DNA of 64,000 nucleotides, from positions 9,835 through 73,834 of the IMG/VR virus record IMGVR_UViG_3300010885_059224. One strand, given 5' to 3'. Shown piece by piece: positions 9,539 to 20,806 of this stretch (its first letter is position 1; each line of letters starts with the position of its first letter). Below the pieces are notes generated by a model that saw only the letters and a list, made by a program, of their open reading frames with translations, ran no database searches and had not been told where the DNA came from. Origin of the DNA: a virus. Taxonomy: Duplodnaviria > Caudoviricetes. Position numbers and translations under genes: made by a program.

Positions 9539-11887
9539 ATGTCTGTAACTCCCTGGGTACCAACAGTAAAATTAATTCAAGACGGGCAAGAAGTATCTCA
9601 GTCTGTGGTGAATGTTCCTATGGAGCAGCTGATCCAGCGAGATCAGCACCTTTTTGATGAATTTGCAGAACTGCAGAATAAATCTGCATTGATGAGTTTT
9701 AATCAGCCTATTCATCCCAGTGATTTAGCGGGGGCAGAGCCCATTTCTGCTGGAAAGCTCGAAGTTGTTTATTATCGCAAAGATAATTTGGGTGAGGGAT
9801 TATCAAGAGCGTCCACAGGTTTCTCCACTTCCCCAACCTCAAGTGTTTATCAGCCAAACAATTCTAACTACGTGTTTGGTATCCTGAGAGATGTGAAAGC
9901 AGGGAATATGGCGGATTGCTACATTCAGGGTATGTGTGAATTCCCTGTTGGAATTGATGATCCATACAGCGGTTTAATGGAGTATTCCACAGACCAAAAT
10001 GGAAACAGGATAAAGCCTGAATTTGTTGTGGGCCCATATTATGTTTCCAGAAAAATGCCTGGTAAGATCACTCAGAATCCTGCGGGAATTCCTGTGTATG
10101 TCGGATACGCTTTATCCAGAACGGAATTCATACTCCAACCGTCAGTAGATGAGTTTACCCAGTTCTTTATTAACTATAGGGATAATTTATTAGACCGTCC
10201 GGTCTACAAGCCGGCACTCACCAACGGCGGAACTAAATGGACTATTCCAACCCCCAGCGGCAGTCCCAATAACCCAAATAAGCTGGGTTGGATTGCTGCT
10301 ACCACTACAAACCTCCCAGGATATGCCATCCCCACGTCTCCAAGCGGGCAGGTAGCTAAATTTTTATACTATATCCCAGGTAATCTAACCACAGGACCAG
10401 ATTCCACAGTACTTAATAGTAATGAGATTTCAGAAGCTGTTGAGTTAGGAAGAAACCTGCCACCAGTACCAGCAAATTTTGTTGAGCTTGTGGTTAACGG
10501 AATCATACAGCGCTATGCAGATGTTTATTCACCAGACGGCATATATTCTATAGATAACTATGGCATATGGTGGTATTCAGACACCCCAGGAACACAACCA
10601 TGGGCGGAGGATATACTTGCCTTTTCAGCTGATAATGATTGGGATCCTGATGAATGGGAGGCGTATAAAGGTAGCTTGTTCCGCAGACCCAGGTTGTTTT
10701 TATCTTTTGCAAAGTTTAATCCAGCTCTACGAACGCAGCTAGTTAGTTCTATTGCCCCTTACGATATAACTACAAATCCACCAACAGGAACAATCCCTAA
10801 CAAGAGCAGTAATTTTATTTCGTTCAAACTAAAAAATAATCCAGCAGTATCTTCAGCTACCGGCGAGCTGCTGGTTAACGTTACTCCACAGTTTGTAAAA
10901 ACTGGCTACGCGGATTTACCTAGTGTGACTTCTGCAGTATATGTGCCAGGAAGCACAGGGCTAATAACTTTTTCCCAGGCCCACGGGTTAGTTGCAGGTA
11001 AAAGTTTAATCCTTACAGGATTCTATGATCCAAATTCAAGCTGGAACGGCACTTTTGCGGCTACTATAGTCTCATCAACTACCGTAAGTATTTCTGGTCC
11101 CACAGCCGATCCCACAACTGTGGGCAATATAGTTATTTCTGGAGGAGCAACACTTGTACCATCCGCTAGTGGTACAACCACAGCTTATACAGCCGGCAGT
11201 GCAGTTGCTGACTTAATATGGGACAATATTCAAGGTAAGTTTATAAAAATCTCAGCACCGTCAGTTTCAAAGCTGATCGGTACAGGTGGAATAGATGTCT
11301 CCCCTGTTACAAGTCAACCTGGAACATACACAGTTTCATATCTATCTAACGGTGTTTACGGGCTTGTAGATTCTATAGAGCCAGTTAATTCGAGGTTAGA
11401 ATTCAGAGGGCTTAATTCTTATATTAAGCTACCTTATAATAATCCTGTTACTGTTCCTTATGGCTTGATAGGTAAGGTAGTCCTTGTGAAAGACGCAATA
11501 GATAATGCTCCTCTTAATTTGGTACTGCAGGTTTTTGGTACATCAACGTATAGCTCAGGTTCACCAAACGTAGCTATATCTGTTAGTTTTGAATATGCTG
11601 CGACTTCAGCAAAAAATGGTAGTGCCCCTACGGCAGTAGCAAACCTTAATAATACTGTTAGCCTTTCCTCTGCATCAACGTCCAGAGTTACATTGAACAT
11701 GCCAGCTACTGGGTACACGGCGTATTCACCAATAAATCTCACCGGTCCACTCACAATCCCCGCCCAGTATATCGGAAAAGATACTGTGGTGAATTTCAAA
11801 ATAACCAGAAATCTCACAGGTTCGGGAAATGACTATACTGGGGATGTTGGGATTTTAGGAATTTACTGGGGAATAACTAACTCTTAG
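9539..11887 (+). CDS. putative tail fibre/baseplate protein
   Basis: 782 aa; N-terminal 'VVNVPMEQLIQRDQHL' resembles fibre N-termini; contains a small 'HGLVAG...NGTF' beta-barrel segment common in phage tail proteins. Confidence 0.55.
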   Translation: MSVTPWVPTVKLIQDGQEVSQSVVNVPMEQLIQRDQHLFDEFAELQNKSALMSFNQPIHPSDLAGAEPISAGKLEVVYYRKDNLGEGLSRASTGFSTSPTSSVYQPNNSNYVFGILRDVKAGNMADCYIQGMCEFPVGIDDPYSGLMEYSTDQNGNRIKPEFVVGPYYVSRKMPGKITQNPAGIPVYVGYALSRTEFILQPSVDEFTQFFINYRDNLLDRPVYKPALTNGGTKWTIPTPSGSPNNPNKLGWIAATTTNLPGYAIPTSPSGQVAKFLYYIPGNLTTGPDSTVLNSNEISEAVELGRNLPPVPANFVELVVNGIIQRYADVYSPDGIYSIDNYGIWWYSDTPGTQPWAEDILAFSADNDWDPDEWEAYKGSLFRRPRLFLSFAKFNPALRTQLVSSIAPYDITTNPPTGTIPNKSSNFISFKLKNNPAVSSATGELLVNVTPQFVKTGYADLPSVTSAVYVPGSTGLITFSQAHGLVAGKSLILTGFYDPNSSWNGTFAATIVSSTTVSISGPTADPTTVGNIVISGGATLVPSASGTTTAYTAGSAVADLIWDNIQGKFIKISAPSVSKLIGTGGIDVSPVTSQPGTYTVSYLSNGVYGLVDSIEPVNSRLEFRGLNSYIKLPYNNPVTVPYGLIGKVVLVKDAIDNAPLNLVLQVFGTSTYSSGSPNVAISVSFEYAATSAKNGSAPTAVANLNNTVSLSSASTSRVTLNMPATGYTAYSPINLTGPLTIPAQYIGKDTVVNFKITRNLTGSGNDYTGDVGILGIYWGITNS

Positions 11888-11889
11888 CC

Positions 11890-12786
11890 ATGCCCTGGGT
11901 TGACTCTCTAGACTATCTAAATTTAAACTCACTACGCAGATACCCAATAAGAGAAGGTACTAGCGCAGTGAGTGTGGACGGGCTTTTTCAAATCCCAGAT
12001 ACACTGATATTAGACCTTTCATTATCTGCTAGTGGTAATGCTGATGAAAGGTTCTATATATCAGCATTCACTAATAACTTGTTTTCCTGCACTATACAGA
12101 TGGCAGAATACTTAACAGGAGAAGTGGCTGGGAGTTTCTTTGTAGACTTTAATACCCACAAATTAAACGATACATACTATTTAAACGGTATCGGTGTCTA
12201 CTCCGGTGCAACTGGTAAGGTCACAATAGGCTCCCCAGACGATTTACAATTACAGCCTGCTGGGCAATTTTTATTTTTAAACACTAGTACAGAGGTGGAG
12301 CCGAAAGTAGTTGTTCCGGGGCTTATGGGGGTTAGCTCAATCACTTATATAGATGCAGAAGGAACTAGTGCTACTCTTACTGGCGACGTAACAATGAACG
12401 CCAGGACAAATACAATATTTACATATAACCAAACTTTAAACAGCATAGCAATTGATGTTGGTGACAACCTGGGGCTTAACCAAATCTGCACAAAAACTAA
12501 TTGTATACAAAAGATTAATGGTGTCACCCCAGACCCATCTACCGGTAATATCTCCCTAATAGGTGTAGATTGCATACAGATTGCCAGCAGTAGCGCATAC
12601 ACATTACAATTTAACGACTCTTGCTGTACCCCGTGCTCAGGCTGCTCAGATTTATCCACACTAACAACTCGTTTAACCAGCTTAGAAAATAGTTTCATTG
12701 ATCTTAAGAACTATTATAATACATTAAATGGGCAGCTGGTCAGTTACTTAACAACCGTTAATTCTAGCTGCTCATGCGGAAGTTAA
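11890..12786 (+). CDS. tail-associated protein, LNxNxxRxYP paralog 1
   Basis: N-terminal 'YLNLNSLRRYP', 'INGVTPD' motif, Cys cluster CCTPCSGC, terminal coiled coil. Confidence 0.55.
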   Translation: MPWVDSLDYLNLNSLRRYPIREGTSAVSVDGLFQIPDTLILDLSLSASGNADERFYISAFTNNLFSCTIQMAEYLTGEVAGSFFVDFNTHKLNDTYYLNGIGVYSGATGKVTIGSPDDLQLQPAGQFLFLNTSTEVEPKVVVPGLMGVSSITYIDAEGTSATLTGDVTMNARTNTIFTYNQTLNSIAIDVGDNLGLNQICTKTNCIQKINGVTPDPSTGNISLIGVDCIQIASSSAYTLQFNDSCCTPCSGCSDLSTLTTRLTSLENSFIDLKNYYNTLNGQLVSYLTTVNSSCSCGS

Positions 12787-12798
12787 AATTACCGGCAT

Positions 12799-15700
12799 AT
12801 GTCAGCTCTAGAATACTTAAGTAATAATGCTTTAAACAGCTACCCATTTAAAGATGGTAGGGAGGCTAATCCTGATCTTCCTATCCCAAACGACGCATTT
12901 CTTGATGCACTGTTTATAACCAGCAACCACAGCATAAAGAGGGTATACATATCTAGAATAACGCAAGTTCAAGGAAATATAAGTATAGAATTATCTGAAG
13001 TAACATCTGGCGTCATTGGTACATTAGACTTTAAATTATCGGATGCAGTAAGTCATCTTAACAACCAAGATAAAAGTTTTATAGCTGGTTCTGGTACAGC
13101 TTGGGTTATAAAGCTGGTATTCGGTCCAGGGATATCATTTTTAAAAGGGAACAGAGCACCTGTAACATACACACCCCAGCAAACAGAGCTACTATCTTCT
13201 ATATTACAAAACTATCCAAGAACAGTAACATCGCTTAAATTTCAATCTTACACACCGCAAGGAGCTATATCAACTCAGGAGTTAACCGAAGTTCACAAGT
13301 ACATAGCTGGAGACATTGTGCATATCGCAAATGGGGCGAATAATGAATTTAGTACAGGCACCGGATCCGTGATGTACATAGACATTGACAGGGGTAAAGG
13401 AAAAGGGTTATGGGATCCTTGCAGCACAGGCCAGATAAAAAATATTTATTCAGTTAACGAGATAATACCAAGTAGCGTTGGAGAATTTTTTATTAACGCT
13501 GACGATTGTTATTCCGTAAAATTACTGTCGGCCAGTGAGCTTTCAGACCTAGGCAGCTCCACAAGCTCACCGACACATATAAAAACAGCAACAAACTATG
13601 CAAACTTTTCAACGCCCATAACACCAAAAGCAATACTTTCCGGTCTTATGGACTACGTTGGTCATTCTGCGGTCGCACAAAACTCAGTTAATGTAAGTTT
13701 CACAAGCCCAGAAATTGGGGATTTGATATCTGAAAACCCAGAAAACTACAGAATTATATTTAATGGTGGGTACATAGCAGAAAAAATAACAGGAGCTACA
13801 GGGGCGTATACACCAGGAGCAGTGTGGGCTATAACTGGTGTTTGGCCAGCCAACACCACTGGGGCTCCATTTTCAATCCAGCAAAAAAAAGTTTCCTTTA
13901 ACGCCATAAGCGCGGCAGCCGGCGGCCATGGCTTTATGATGAGTAATAGCTGCTCTGCAAAATGCCCCCCAGAGAATATAAATGCCTTTGCAAAATATAT
14001 GAACAGGGTAACAGATGGCGCCGCTGAACTTTATAAGATAGTTAATAACAATAGTCAAACATACGGTACCGGCAATATTGACGGAGCCCCTTTCTCTTCT
14101 GATAGCTTTAATGGAGTTATAAATAGCGCCTATTTTAAAGCGTATAATTTTTGTCAGGAGCCTGGGAGCTCAAGACCAATATCTTGCAACGCCAGCTTTA
14201 AAAAATATTTTCACGAGGGTAGAGATATAAAAATCACAAAAGGAAGGGATAATTATATATTTCAAATAAAAAAAGTTTTATCGTCTACACGCATTATAAT
14301 ATCCCCCGCGATTCAAACTCCCGATATTTTTTCAGCGTTATGTGATATATTAAACACGCCTGGCACATATTATTCTTTTTCTGTGCTAGACTATGGTATA
14401 AAAAACTCATTAAACGACGCTATTATTAATAAGAATAATAAAGTTGCTACACAAAACACACCTTATATAGATTTGAATTACGGTACTGTGGAGGCGTACA
14501 ACACAGCACGAGATTACGGAACTTTCATTACCTCCGTAATTGTTATCTATAACCCATCTGCAACTTCAATAACTTACAGTATCAGCGCAACGGTATTAGG
14601 CTTAGCTTCATTGGTTGGAACATCTGTAAAAATAAAAACAAGCAAGGGAGATATAAGTTATGGTGCCACCACAGGTACAATAGATTGCCAAGATTATAAT
14701 ATTTATGAATCAATATATTTTATACCTTGCTCTCCTTCTGAGCATAATTTAAGCGCTGGTGGGGTACAATTCGAGGTGAATAATACAACACATACACCTC
14801 ACGTACCAATACCCTATTACATTAACGGAGCCATAACAGCCCCATCAATTCCTCACTCCGAAAGCAGTACTGAATTAATTGCTGCCTTATGTGTATCTAC
14901 CACGGTAGTCGAAGATTCTATTACCGCGACTCAAGGTAAAGCATTTGAATATAATATAACGCTTCTCGGCAACGCAACTGATGTTAAAGTTGCCGGTGAT
15001 TTACCCAGCTGGATAACCCTCAGTCACACCACTACCCCTGGAGATCCTGTGATAAATAACTGGAAATTATCTGCAACAAATCCTGACGGGATATCCAACA
15101 AAACGTATAATATTACTATATCTGGCTCCGGAGATACTCCAGTAGCTGCGATTAGTTTACATTTACAATATATAGCAAAACCAGTGCTAAGTTACCCAGT
15201 GGACGATACCGCCGCTGGAAGGGCTCCATTTTCTTACGTTTTACATATATACCCCCCCGACGGTGGACCCAAAATAAAAACTACCAGGCAATTCACTCAG
15301 GGTGCGCCATTAATGGCAATTCTTGCATCTAACAGCCCAACCAGTTACTCGATAACAGGATCTATCCCCAATGGACTAACTGTTTCAGGTCGCGGGCTGA
15401 TAGGTAAAATTAGTCTTCCGGAGTCCACAACTTATCCTGCGGTTTATAATCTTACACTTTCCGCCACCAATTCTGCAGGTACTTCCAAGACGGCTACAGT
15501 TGCATTAACTATACATGACGTAGGTATAACTACTCCTTGGGCGATAACAAATACATTATTTAATTATTCTATTATAACCGCGGGTGACGTTATATCCCAG
15601 ACGCTGATTTCAATAATTCCCGACTGGTTAACTTTTGATGGTGCAATCAATCTTTCTAGTACTTCTAAGCCAAAAGCTAATTTTTCTGGAACATATACTG

Positions 15701-18537
15701 GAGCGGACACAACAACTATTTCCGCGGTTGTCAGGCAAAATTTAATAAACGGAGGTTATAGACTTATTGAATATAATATACCTGCCAAAGCATTGCCGTA
15801 TATTACTTACCCAGTTACAGGCAGCACAATCGATGTATATTCTCCAGATTTCCAAGATTATTACGGTAATACCACTACGTTTACAACAACCAACCCATTT
15901 TTAATCGTTTTAGCTAAAAATAATCCAACAAATTTTAATGCTGTGGGACTGCCTACAGGACTCACAATCAACCGCGATGGAAAAATAATAGGAAAGATTA
16001 CATCTGCACCAGCAGGCATATACGTTGTCACAATCTATGCTATCAACGCACTAGGCAACTCTCAAAGTATAACAATAAACATAAAACTCTCTACCGCGGT
16101 AGAAGAAATACCTGCATTCCAGGGTGACTCGTTTTGTTATAAATTTCCAGCTTTGAATAGCTTAATTAATGTTGAAGGCTGCTCATTCACAGTAACCGGC
16201 CGAGATGCAGCTAACCCAGCTCCAACTTGGCTTGGAGTAAGCAAAAGTATAAATTCTTCTTGTCACCTTTATTACTCTGGGGGAGATCCTGGCTTATCTA
16301 CTGGTACAACAAGTTTAATCTTATTAACGATAAACAATAACGATGTAATATCTCGGCGTTATTTTAATGTAACCTACTCTCCTATACCTAACATCTTCGG
16401 CCCTCAAAGATCTAATATTTGGCAGGTGGCGTATACGAACTACAAAAATAATGTTTATACCACCGAATTACCGTTAGCTAAAATAGAAGCCAGTCATTCT
16501 CCTACAAGTTATTCTGCTACGGGTTTGCCGTCTAGTTTGAGTATAGACTCAGCCGGTAATATTGTGGGCAGTTTAACCGTGCCGCCTGGTAACTACTATT
16601 TTACCATTTATGCAACCAATGAAGCTGGAAGAAGTGAAGGTGTTCAGTTCCAACTAAATGTTAGTTCTTCTCCCATTGAATATACAATATACAATAAAAT
16701 AGAATTCAGTCTTTATGCGTTTGGACCAGCTAATTCTTCATATTCATATTCAGGAACGCTTCCACCAGGGCTAACTTTTTACCCAACAACTCGTCCAATA
16801 TACGGAGATTTGATAGTGGGTTATGTAAATTTAACTAGCGATGCTTCATACCCAATAGACATAACTGTTCACAATGGAACCAGCAGCCTAAAATATTCAT
16901 TTCTTTTAATTTATGATTCTAATGCATTAACTATTACTAATAGCGGAACGGTATATCCAATAGTAATACCTGACTACGGTTTACGGAAATATACCAATAG
17001 CTCGCCATTACTCACCATAACCACAAATGTTCCAGCTACGTACTTTTACGGTAGTGGATTACCGCCAAGCCTAACTATTGATGCATCTACTGGGTGCATC
17101 ATTGGTGGGCCTGTTACTACTGAGGGGTATTATACCGCCACGATCACGGCAAAAAATTCGAAATATACAGCCACTGCAGAATATTTTTTCAATGTGGAGA
17201 ATAACGTAACCCGTTACCAGGCTGTGCACGGTGAGCCTGTATGTATACCGATAACAGCAGGTGTATACAACTATATTCTAAGTGCTGGTATTACCTCCGG
17301 ATATTTACCTGGGGGACTCTCACTAAACGGACAGTCAGGTGTAGATTGTGGAATTTATGGTTATGTTTCACAGGGCGCCCCCTCAGGAACATCTGTAGTG
17401 ACTATACGTAATAATTATATTGGTGGCTCCTTTAACCAAAATATTGCTATAAGTTACGTAGGAATACCTACAATAACAAGTATTGAAGTTGGCTCTACCC
17501 CAACCACAAGCACTAGTAGAGTTAACAGTTTTAAATTTAAGCCGTCTAGATATAATTCATACGGACCATACACTAAAGAAAACCCACTACTCACCGTAGT
17601 GGCCACAAATTCTCCAACGTCATTCATATATTCAGGATTACCAAGCAATTTAAGCATAGACAACTACGGAAACGTTGTAGGCATCCCATCCATTGTTGAG
17701 ACAGACGCGTTGTATTACGTATATGTTGTTGCGGTAAACTCCGTTGGTCGTTCGGGAGAGTATTTATTTACGATCGATTTAACAAAAACAAGCCCAAGTA
17801 TAAACTGGCAATCTCCAGGAGTATTGCTCTTTAGAGATACCGCGGAAAATGGAGATATATTCACCGCAACAGAAGGACATACCCCGCCGTATAGTGGAAC
17901 TTTTGTATACTCAATTGCTCCTACAGATAGGTTTGATATAGGCTCGCAAAATTTAAGTATCACTTTTAATCCAACCAACAGAGCAGACTATTCCTCTCTA
18001 AGCAAAACGTTCTTCTATAACGTATCACCCGCCGGGTTTAGAATAGTGTGGAATCCTGTCATATCTACGCTAACAAACACGGAATCTATAGACAGCAGGA
18101 TTCTGAATGCTTATGTTGTTTTAAATACGGACCCATCGTATCACCCGCAGGGTAGCTTTGAGTATACTATCTATGCATCTAGTGGAGCTACTGGCGTTTC
18201 GGCAAGTAATTATTCTCTCGATATGGGTAGCCCGGACATTCCAATTGATACAGTGGAGGGAGTGGTTATACGTCTTAAATTCACTCCAAACATATCCACA
18301 CGGTGGGAGCAGCTCCCGCAGTATGACTACAGAAATGTATTTTTCAAGAAGGTGAACCAGCCATCAGACTGGACTCCAACACCTACACCTGAGCCTACAC
18401 CTGAGCCTACACCTGAGCCTACACCTGAGCCTACCCCTGAACCTACACCTGAACCTACACCTGAACCTGAACCTACACCTGAACCTACACCTGAACCTGA
18501 ACCTACACCAGATCCTGATCCTGGTATGGGCGAATAG
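12799..18537 (+). CDS. giant tail fibre/adhesin with tandem Ig-like (putative-Ig type) repeats, paralog 2
   Basis: 1912 aa; repeated 'A.N.PTS(Y/F)...GLP.GL.I...G.I.G......G.Y..TI.A.N..G' units; Cys-rich N-terminal third; Pro/Thr/Glu tail. Confidence 0.75.
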   Translation: MSALEYLSNNALNSYPFKDGREANPDLPIPNDAFLDALFITSNHSIKRVYISRITQVQGNISIELSEVTSGVIGTLDFKLSDAVSHLNNQDKSFIAGSGTAWVIKLVFGPGISFLKGNRAPVTYTPQQTELLSSILQNYPRTVTSLKFQSYTPQGAISTQELTEVHKYIAGDIVHIANGANNEFSTGTGSVMYIDIDRGKGKGLWDPCSTGQIKNIYSVNEIIPSSVGEFFINADDCYSVKLLSASELSDLGSSTSSPTHIKTATNYANFSTPITPKAILSGLMDYVGHSAVAQNSVNVSFTSPEIGDLISENPENYRIIFNGGYIAEKITGATGAYTPGAVWAITGVWPANTTGAPFSIQQKKVSFNAISAAAGGHGFMMSNSCSAKCPPENINAFAKYMNRVTDGAAELYKIVNNNSQTYGTGNIDGAPFSSDSFNGVINSAYFKAYNFCQEPGSSRPISCNASFKKYFHEGRDIKITKGRDNYIFQIKKVLSSTRIIISPAIQTPDIFSALCDILNTPGTYYSFSVLDYGIKNSLNDAIINKNNKVATQNTPYIDLNYGTVEAYNTARDYGTFITSVIVIYNPSATSITYSISATVLGLASLVGTSVKIKTSKGDISYGATTGTIDCQDYNIYESIYFIPCSPSEHNLSAGGVQFEVNNTTHTPHVPIPYYINGAITAPSIPHSESSTELIAALCVSTTVVEDSITATQGKAFEYNITLLGNATDVKVAGDLPSWITLSHTTTPGDPVINNWKLSATNPDGISNKTYNITISGSGDTPVAAISLHLQYIAKPVLSYPVDDTAAGRAPFSYVLHIYPPDGGPKIKTTRQFTQGAPLMAILASNSPTSYSITGSIPNGLTVSGRGLIGKISLPESTTYPAVYNLTLSATNSAGTSKTATVALTIHDVGITTPWAITNTLFNYSIITAGDVISQTLISIIPDWLTFDGAINLSSTSKPKANFSGTYTGADTTTISAVVRQNLINGGYRLIEYNIPAKALPYITYPVTGSTIDVYSPDFQDYYGNTTTFTTTNPFLIVLAKNNPTNFNAVGLPTGLTINRDGKIIGKITSAPAGIYVVTIYAINALGNSQSITINIKLSTAVEEIPAFQGDSFCYKFPALNSLINVEGCSFTVTGRDAANPAPTWLGVSKSINSSCHLYYSGGDPGLSTGTTSLILLTINNNDVISRRYFNVTYSPIPNIFGPQRSNIWQVAYTNYKNNVYTTELPLAKIEASHSPTSYSATGLPSSLSIDSAGNIVGSLTVPPGNYYFTIYATNEAGRSEGVQFQLNVSSSPIEYTIYNKIEFSLYAFGPANSSYSYSGTLPPGLTFYPTTRPIYGDLIVGYVNLTSDASYPIDITVHNGTSSLKYSFLLIYDSNALTITNSGTVYPIVIPDYGLRKYTNSSPLLTITTNVPATYFYGSGLPPSLTIDASTGCIIGGPVTTEGYYTATITAKNSKYTATAEYFFNVENNVTRYQAVHGEPVCIPITAGVYNYILSAGITSGYLPGGLSLNGQSGVDCGIYGYVSQGAPSGTSVVTIRNNYIGGSFNQNIAISYVGIPTITSIEVGSTPTTSTSRVNSFKFKPSRYNSYGPYTKENPLLTVVATNSPTSFIYSGLPSNLSIDNYGNVVGIPSIVETDALYYVYVVAVNSVGRSGEYLFTIDLTKTSPSINWQSPGVLLFRDTAENGDIFTATEGHTPPYSGTFVYSIAPTDRFDIGSQNLSITFNPTNRADYSSLSKTFFYNVSPAGFRIVWNPVISTLTNTESIDSRILNAYVVLNTDPSYHPQGSFEYTIYASSGATGVSASNYSLDMGSPDIPIDTVEGVVIRLKFTPNISTRWEQLPQYDYRNVFFKKVNQPSDWTPTPTPEPTPEPTPEPTPEPTPEPTPEPTPEPEPTPEPTPEPEPTPDPDPGMGE
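18382..18510 (+). repeat. coding tandem repeat, 12-bp unit CCTACACCTGA(G/A), encoding (PTPE)n
   Basis: Roughly ten directly visible units with two 6-bp CCTGAA insertions; in frame in the 1912-aa ORF. Confidence 0.95.
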
Positions 18538-18595
18538 TTAATATTAACGAGTTAATTATGGTATATTTTAATTAAATGTGTAAATATCAAATACT

Positions 18596-20035
18596 ATGGC
18601 CATCAGTACACTAAATTTTTTAAATAAGAACCAGTTTAGGAGTTACCCACTCAAGGCCGGCAGCTCTTTAACTTCTATAGATGGCAAAATTATAAGCGAC
18701 GAATTATTTGTGGGAGCAAGCATCACGACCACGATCAATAGAAAAAACCTGTTCATTAAGCAGGTATACATAAATGGTGCGGAAATAAGAGTTACCATAG
18801 CGGCAGTCCTACAAAATTCAAATTTTGAAACACTTGGAATATGCTATGGAACCATAGAGTCAGACTTTACGGTTTTAAAACTAACTGAAACTGCTATGTT
18901 CACGAGCGGTACGCTTATAGTAGGCACATTAGACTCTGTTATTTCTCACTCTGGAGTTTATACATTCGATAACACTAGCGCCAACTTCGAAGAGTCTGTC
19001 GTTTTTTATTATACGCCGCCCCCAGTAAAAAGTTTACACTGTAAAGGAATTTCCCTGCGAGGAAATGTTAAGTTTGGGGTTTTGTCTAATCTTATAAAAT
19101 CAAGAATAGAAGGCTCCAATAAAATTAATTTTGGTGTTATATCCTCCGCTAGTGTTAATAGTTTGGCGGATAAATCTTCGGTATTTAATAATTGCCCAAC
19201 ACCAATAATAAGATATATAGATGGAGCAATACCGTTCTATCAGGCAGCTGATTCTGTGGATGCTCATAACTCCCCCAATTATCTTCCAGCTCTACAAGGT
19301 AATTTGTTTATGGTGGGCGTTTCCCCGCTATCATTTAAAAATCAACAAAATCTCAGTTCGTCACTGGGGCTAGTCGATATCGGTGGTATAAGCACAGAGG
19401 CAAAATCCATTACTAACGGCTCACCTATCACGCTTAATACTTTATGTAGTGCTAGAAACGCTGTACTTCCGCCAGTGGCGCCTATGTATATAAATAATGG
19501 CTTACTGGACGGATCATCCCCAGCAGCAGATGGAATTTCAAGTTATTATACTAAATCTAGTTACTACCCTAGTAATTTTTACTCTGTTGTAGACCCCGAG
19601 TTTACCTGGTGGCCTCAATTTTTTACTTATAGTAGTATTGCACCAGCCACCCCGATTACCGCGAATATTGGAGCTACTGGATTAATAGGCGTGGTGACAC
19701 TCCCAGCAGAAACCGTGGTTAAAAAATACTCAATAGCTGTGGTTTTTGTGAATACTGGAGTAGCCACGTTAGACTTAACTTTGGTACTTACTAGAAAAGC
19801 TCAAGATGGCACCACGACCACATCCAAGCCGGAGGGTTTTCATAACATCATAGTTAATCCAAACAGCTCCATAATCGTGAGAACAGTTAACGACAGCAAC
19901 TATCCAAGACATGAAATAACTGGATCTGGCTATCCAATACCGATGGAGATTGCCACAGGTGATACATTTTATGTATATTTTAATAATGTATCAGGAGGGG
20001 TCTCAACCCTACAACCATACCTATACTATAGATAA
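18596..20035 (+). CDS. tail-associated protein, paralog 3
   Basis: N-terminal 'FLNKNQFRSYP'; 'IDGAIP' motif with flanking Cys. Confidence 0.55.
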   Translation: MAISTLNFLNKNQFRSYPLKAGSSLTSIDGKIISDELFVGASITTTINRKNLFIKQVYINGAEIRVTIAAVLQNSNFETLGICYGTIESDFTVLKLTETAMFTSGTLIVGTLDSVISHSGVYTFDNTSANFEESVVFYYTPPPVKSLHCKGISLRGNVKFGVLSNLIKSRIEGSNKINFGVISSASVNSLADKSSVFNNCPTPIIRYIDGAIPFYQAADSVDAHNSPNYLPALQGNLFMVGVSPLSFKNQQNLSSSLGLVDIGGISTEAKSITNGSPITLNTLCSARNAVLPPVAPMYINNGLLDGSSPAADGISSYYTKSSYYPSNFYSVVDPEFTWWPQFFTYSSIAPATPITANIGATGLIGVVTLPAETVVKKYSIAVVFVNTGVATLDLTLVLTRKAQDGTTTTSKPEGFHNIIVNPNSSIIVRTVNDSNYPRHEITGSGYPIPMEIATGDTFYVYFNNVSGGVSTLQPYLYYR

Positions 20036-20037
20036 CA

Positions 20038-20805
20038 ATGTCATCATATACCGTACTATCTTGGCAGAATGAAAATGGGCTAACCAATTACCCATTTTCT
20101 AGCCCTATGCAAATAAATGATTTGGTTGTAGATGCTTCATTTATTCAGTTCGATAATTATACACCAATATTGAACAGCATTCTTGTAGGTAGAGACTACA
20201 TGGAGTTTAGAATAACTTTTGATAACGGTGTAGTTTTGGCTAAGTATCTTAAAACATCGTACGACTCCGGGCTTAGGAATCTTAGATTTTATGACTATGG
20301 TGGAAATAGGTATCTTGGTTGTTTGACAATTGGTGAAGGTGCTGTAACTGCATGGACTAGCTATGTTGGAGAAAACTTGATTATTTCACTTCCATTTGTT
20401 GCGACAACAGTGCGAAGCATACCATTGAACGACGCGGTGTATAAGCTAGATAATTCCTATGGTACCTTGGTTTTAGGTGCAAACCAAGATATAGCGGATA
20501 GCTTTATACAGGTAGGTAATCTTGTGTACCAAAAATCTGCCGGAGGTAATACTGTTTTTTATAACACTTCGGTATCCCCGGCAGCGATTACATTTAACGC
20601 TGTAGGTAATAGCTCTATATCCGCCAGTAATAAAACCCACCCTTTAAAACAGATCAATCTTACTAAACCTATAGATAACAATATTACGTTAAACGGAAAT
20701 GACATTGTTAAATTTAAGTCTATAAACAATCAAAATTTATCTATATATGTTACCGGCAGCGGAATATCAAATTCTAGCCCATTATTAACAACATTAGCCT
20801 TATAA
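20038..20805 (+). CDS. tail-associated protein, paralog 4
   Basis: N-terminal 'WQNENGLTNYP'; C-terminal 'INLTKPIDNNI'. Confidence 0.5.
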   Translation: MSSYTVLSWQNENGLTNYPFSSPMQINDLVVDASFIQFDNYTPILNSILVGRDYMEFRITFDNGVVLAKYLKTSYDSGLRNLRFYDYGGNRYLGCLTIGEGAVTAWTSYVGENLIISLPFVATTVRSIPLNDAVYKLDNSYGTLVLGANQDIADSFIQVGNLVYQKSAGGNTVFYNTSVSPAAITFNAVGNSSISASNKTHPLKQINLTKPIDNNITLNGNDIVKFKSINNQNLSIYVTGSGISNSSPLLTTLAL

Positions 20806-20806
20806 T

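Noticed and set aside
18382-18510. Possible CRISPR array
   Set aside because: The 12-bp units have no unique spacers and are in frame within a coding sequence.
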